A stretch of DNA of 64,000 bases from Candidatus Entotheonellaceae bacterium. GTDB lineage: Bacteria > Tectomicrobia > Entotheonellia > Entotheonellales > Entotheonellaceae. This document shows, piece by piece, positions 62,283-64,000 of the stretch. The notes beneath the pieces were generated by a model. That model saw only the letters and a list, made by a program, of their open reading frames with translations. It did not search any database and was not told the origin of the DNA. The stretch covers positions 512,001-576,000 of the forward strand of contig OZ250173.1 of NCBI GenBank assembly GCA_965238075.1, read 5' to 3'. How positions within the stretch are numbered: the first letter of the stretch is position 1; each line of letters opens with the position of its first letter. A program made the translations under genes and the position numbers.

Positions 62283-63379
62283 TCAGAAACCCGTATCGTC
62301 TCGGCCGCCTCGTGCTGGCCGCGGCGCTCAGCCTCCTGGCCCTGCTGGCCGCAGCGCATGCGCAGGACGCGCCGGGCCGTGTTCCCAACCTGCCGGGCGC
62401 GCCTTACGCTTATGCCAACCCTCCCCTGCCCCCACACTTGGCCGTCATTCGAACCAATATCCCCAAGGACAACCCGATCACCGACCACGGCGCCACGCTG
62501 GGGCGCGTGCTGTTTTACGACAAACGCCTGTCGGTCACCAACACCACGGCCTGCGCCTCGTGCCATTTTCAGGAATACGCCTTTTCCGACCCGGAGCAGT
62601 TCAGCACCGGCTTTGCCGGCGTCAAGACGCCGCGCAACGCCATGGGACTGGCCAACGGACGCTTCTTCCAGGCTGACCACTTCTTCTGGGACGCACGCGT
62701 CAGCACGCTGGAAGAGCTCATCCTGATACCCATTCAGAGCCCCATCGAGATGGGCAGCACGCTCGACCAAGTCGTAGCCGAGCTGGCCGCCACGCCCTTC
62801 TACCCGCCGCTGTTCGCCAAGGCGTTCGGCACACCCGAAGTCACTTCACAGCGCATCGCCAAGGCGATGGCGCAATTCCTGCGCGCCATGGTGTCCTATC
62901 AATCCAAATACGACGTGGGCATCGCCAGCGGCTTTCGCAATTTCACCCGGCAGGAGTATTTCGGCTTGCAACTGTTCGAGAATCAAGCGTTGCGCTGTGC
63001 GCGTTGCCACCTGACCGATACGCAAATCCTGATTTTCCCGAGCAACAATGGGCTCGACGTGGTTTACGCCGACAAGGGCGTCGGGTCGATCACCGGGGAC
63101 GGTTTCGACCATGGGCTCTTCAAGCCGCCGTCCTTGCGCAACGTGGCGCTTACCGGGCCGTACATGCACGACGGCCGGTTTGCCACCCTGCAGGACGTGC
63201 TGAAGCATTACAGCTCCGGCATCCAGTCGCACAAGAACCTCGGTTCCTTCCTGCCGGAAAAGGGCGTGAACCTGACCGCCAGGCAACGGGACGCCATCGA
63301 GGCTTTCCTGCACACCTTGACCGACCCGGCGTTTATCACCGATCCCAAATTTTCGGACCCGTTCGCCAAACCGCAATAG
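62279..63379 (+). CDS. Di-haem cytochrome c peroxidase / MauG superfamily protein
   Basis: Signal peptide, [41 protein letters not shown]. Confidence 0.9.
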
Positions 63380-63438
63380 AAACGTCGTTAACCGGCCGCG
63401 GCCCACAACGGCCCCGTTCTCGAAGGAGACAAGTCGCT

Positions 63439-63933
63439 ATGGCAAGGTCGCATCTTGTCGTCGAAGCCATGCAGCGGTGCGGCGTCACGCACGTCGTGTG
63501 GCTGCCGGACAGCGAATCGCATTTCATGTACGACGCCCTGAGCGCCTCGCCGCTGCATCTGGTGCCGGTTTGCCGCGAGGGTGAAGCCTTCGGCATCGCC
63601 GCCGGGCTGCACCTGGGGGGCAAGACGCCGGTGGTGCTGATCCAGAATACCGGTCTGTTCGAGTCCGGCGACGTGCTGCGCGGCAACATCCTCAACCTGA
63701 GAATGCCGCTCCTGCTGATGGTGGGATACCGGGGCTACCACGAGATGGTCAGCCAGCAGGGTCCGGTCGATTCCGCCGCCACTTTCACTAAGCCCATTCT
63801 CGACGCCTGGGGCATCGTCCACCACCTGCTCGACACCGATGACGACGTGCCCAAGATCGCCGGCGCCTTCAAGGAAAGCCGCGACACGAGCCGACCGGTG
63901 GCGGTTCTCATCGGCCGCGAATACGATGCGTAA
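63439..63933 (+). CDS. TPP-dependent decarboxylase alpha subunit (sulfopyruvate/phosphonopyruvate decarboxylase-like)
   Basis: VVWLPDS, CREGEAFGIAAGL, IQNTG, GYRG. Confidence 0.8.
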   Translation: MARSHLVVEAMQRCGVTHVVWLPDSESHFMYDALSASPLHLVPVCREGEAFGIAAGLHLGGKTPVVLIQNTGLFESGDVLRGNILNLRMPLLLMVGYRGYHEMVSQQGPVDSAATFTKPILDAWGIVHHLLDTDDDVPKIAGAFKESRDTSRPVAVLIGREYDA

Positions 63934-63962
63934 CGAGCCGATACTGAAGAAGGAAAGCTTTG

Positions 63963-64000
63963 ATGATACCCCGCTCGCAAGCCCTGAAGCACCTGGCCGC
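63963..64000 (+). CDS. Probable decarboxylase beta subunit, 5' end only
   Basis: MIPRSQALKHLA after AAGGA; product inferred only from position. Confidence 0.4.
   Translation, partial: MIPRSQALKHLA

Overview
GC-rich chromosomal window from a diderm bacterium (it encodes an outer-membrane porin and a beta-barrel protein) with about 60 genes. All calls come from motif recognition; no database search was run. In order: the 5' end of metA, divergent from an unusual Cys/Met PLP lyase fused to two NifU/NfuA-type domains; a Tat-type amidohydrolase; a thiolase-like/DUF35 pair; a DUF294/exonuclease pair; an M1 aminopeptidase; msrP with a TlpA redoxin but no msrQ; hicAB with a frameshifted toxin; copA; an LLM oxidoreductase; and a collapsed restriction-modification remnant. 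A large phosphate/polyphosphate region follows: aquaglyceroporin, OprO/P porin, phoB-like regulator, pstSCAB, phoU, then ppk1, a CHAD protein, ppx, sixA and ppgK. In it, ppk1 is broken by a 23-bp insertion made of a 17-bp duplication, the CHAD protein carries an alkyltransferase-like C-terminal domain, and ppx is truncated next to an IS3/DUF2971 insertion. The right end is housekeeping: moeA, mocA, purE, tsaC, rho, rpmE, prfA, prmC, hisB, hisH, hisF, a di-haem peroxidase and a TPP decarboxylase. Several small palindromic/MITE-like repeats recur, two overlapping stop codons and one translated inside ppgK. No rRNA, tRNA or CRISPR array was seen. The best candidates for undescribed biology are the MetB/MetZ-NfuA fusion, the CHAD-ATL fusion and the potentially reversible ppk1 lesion.
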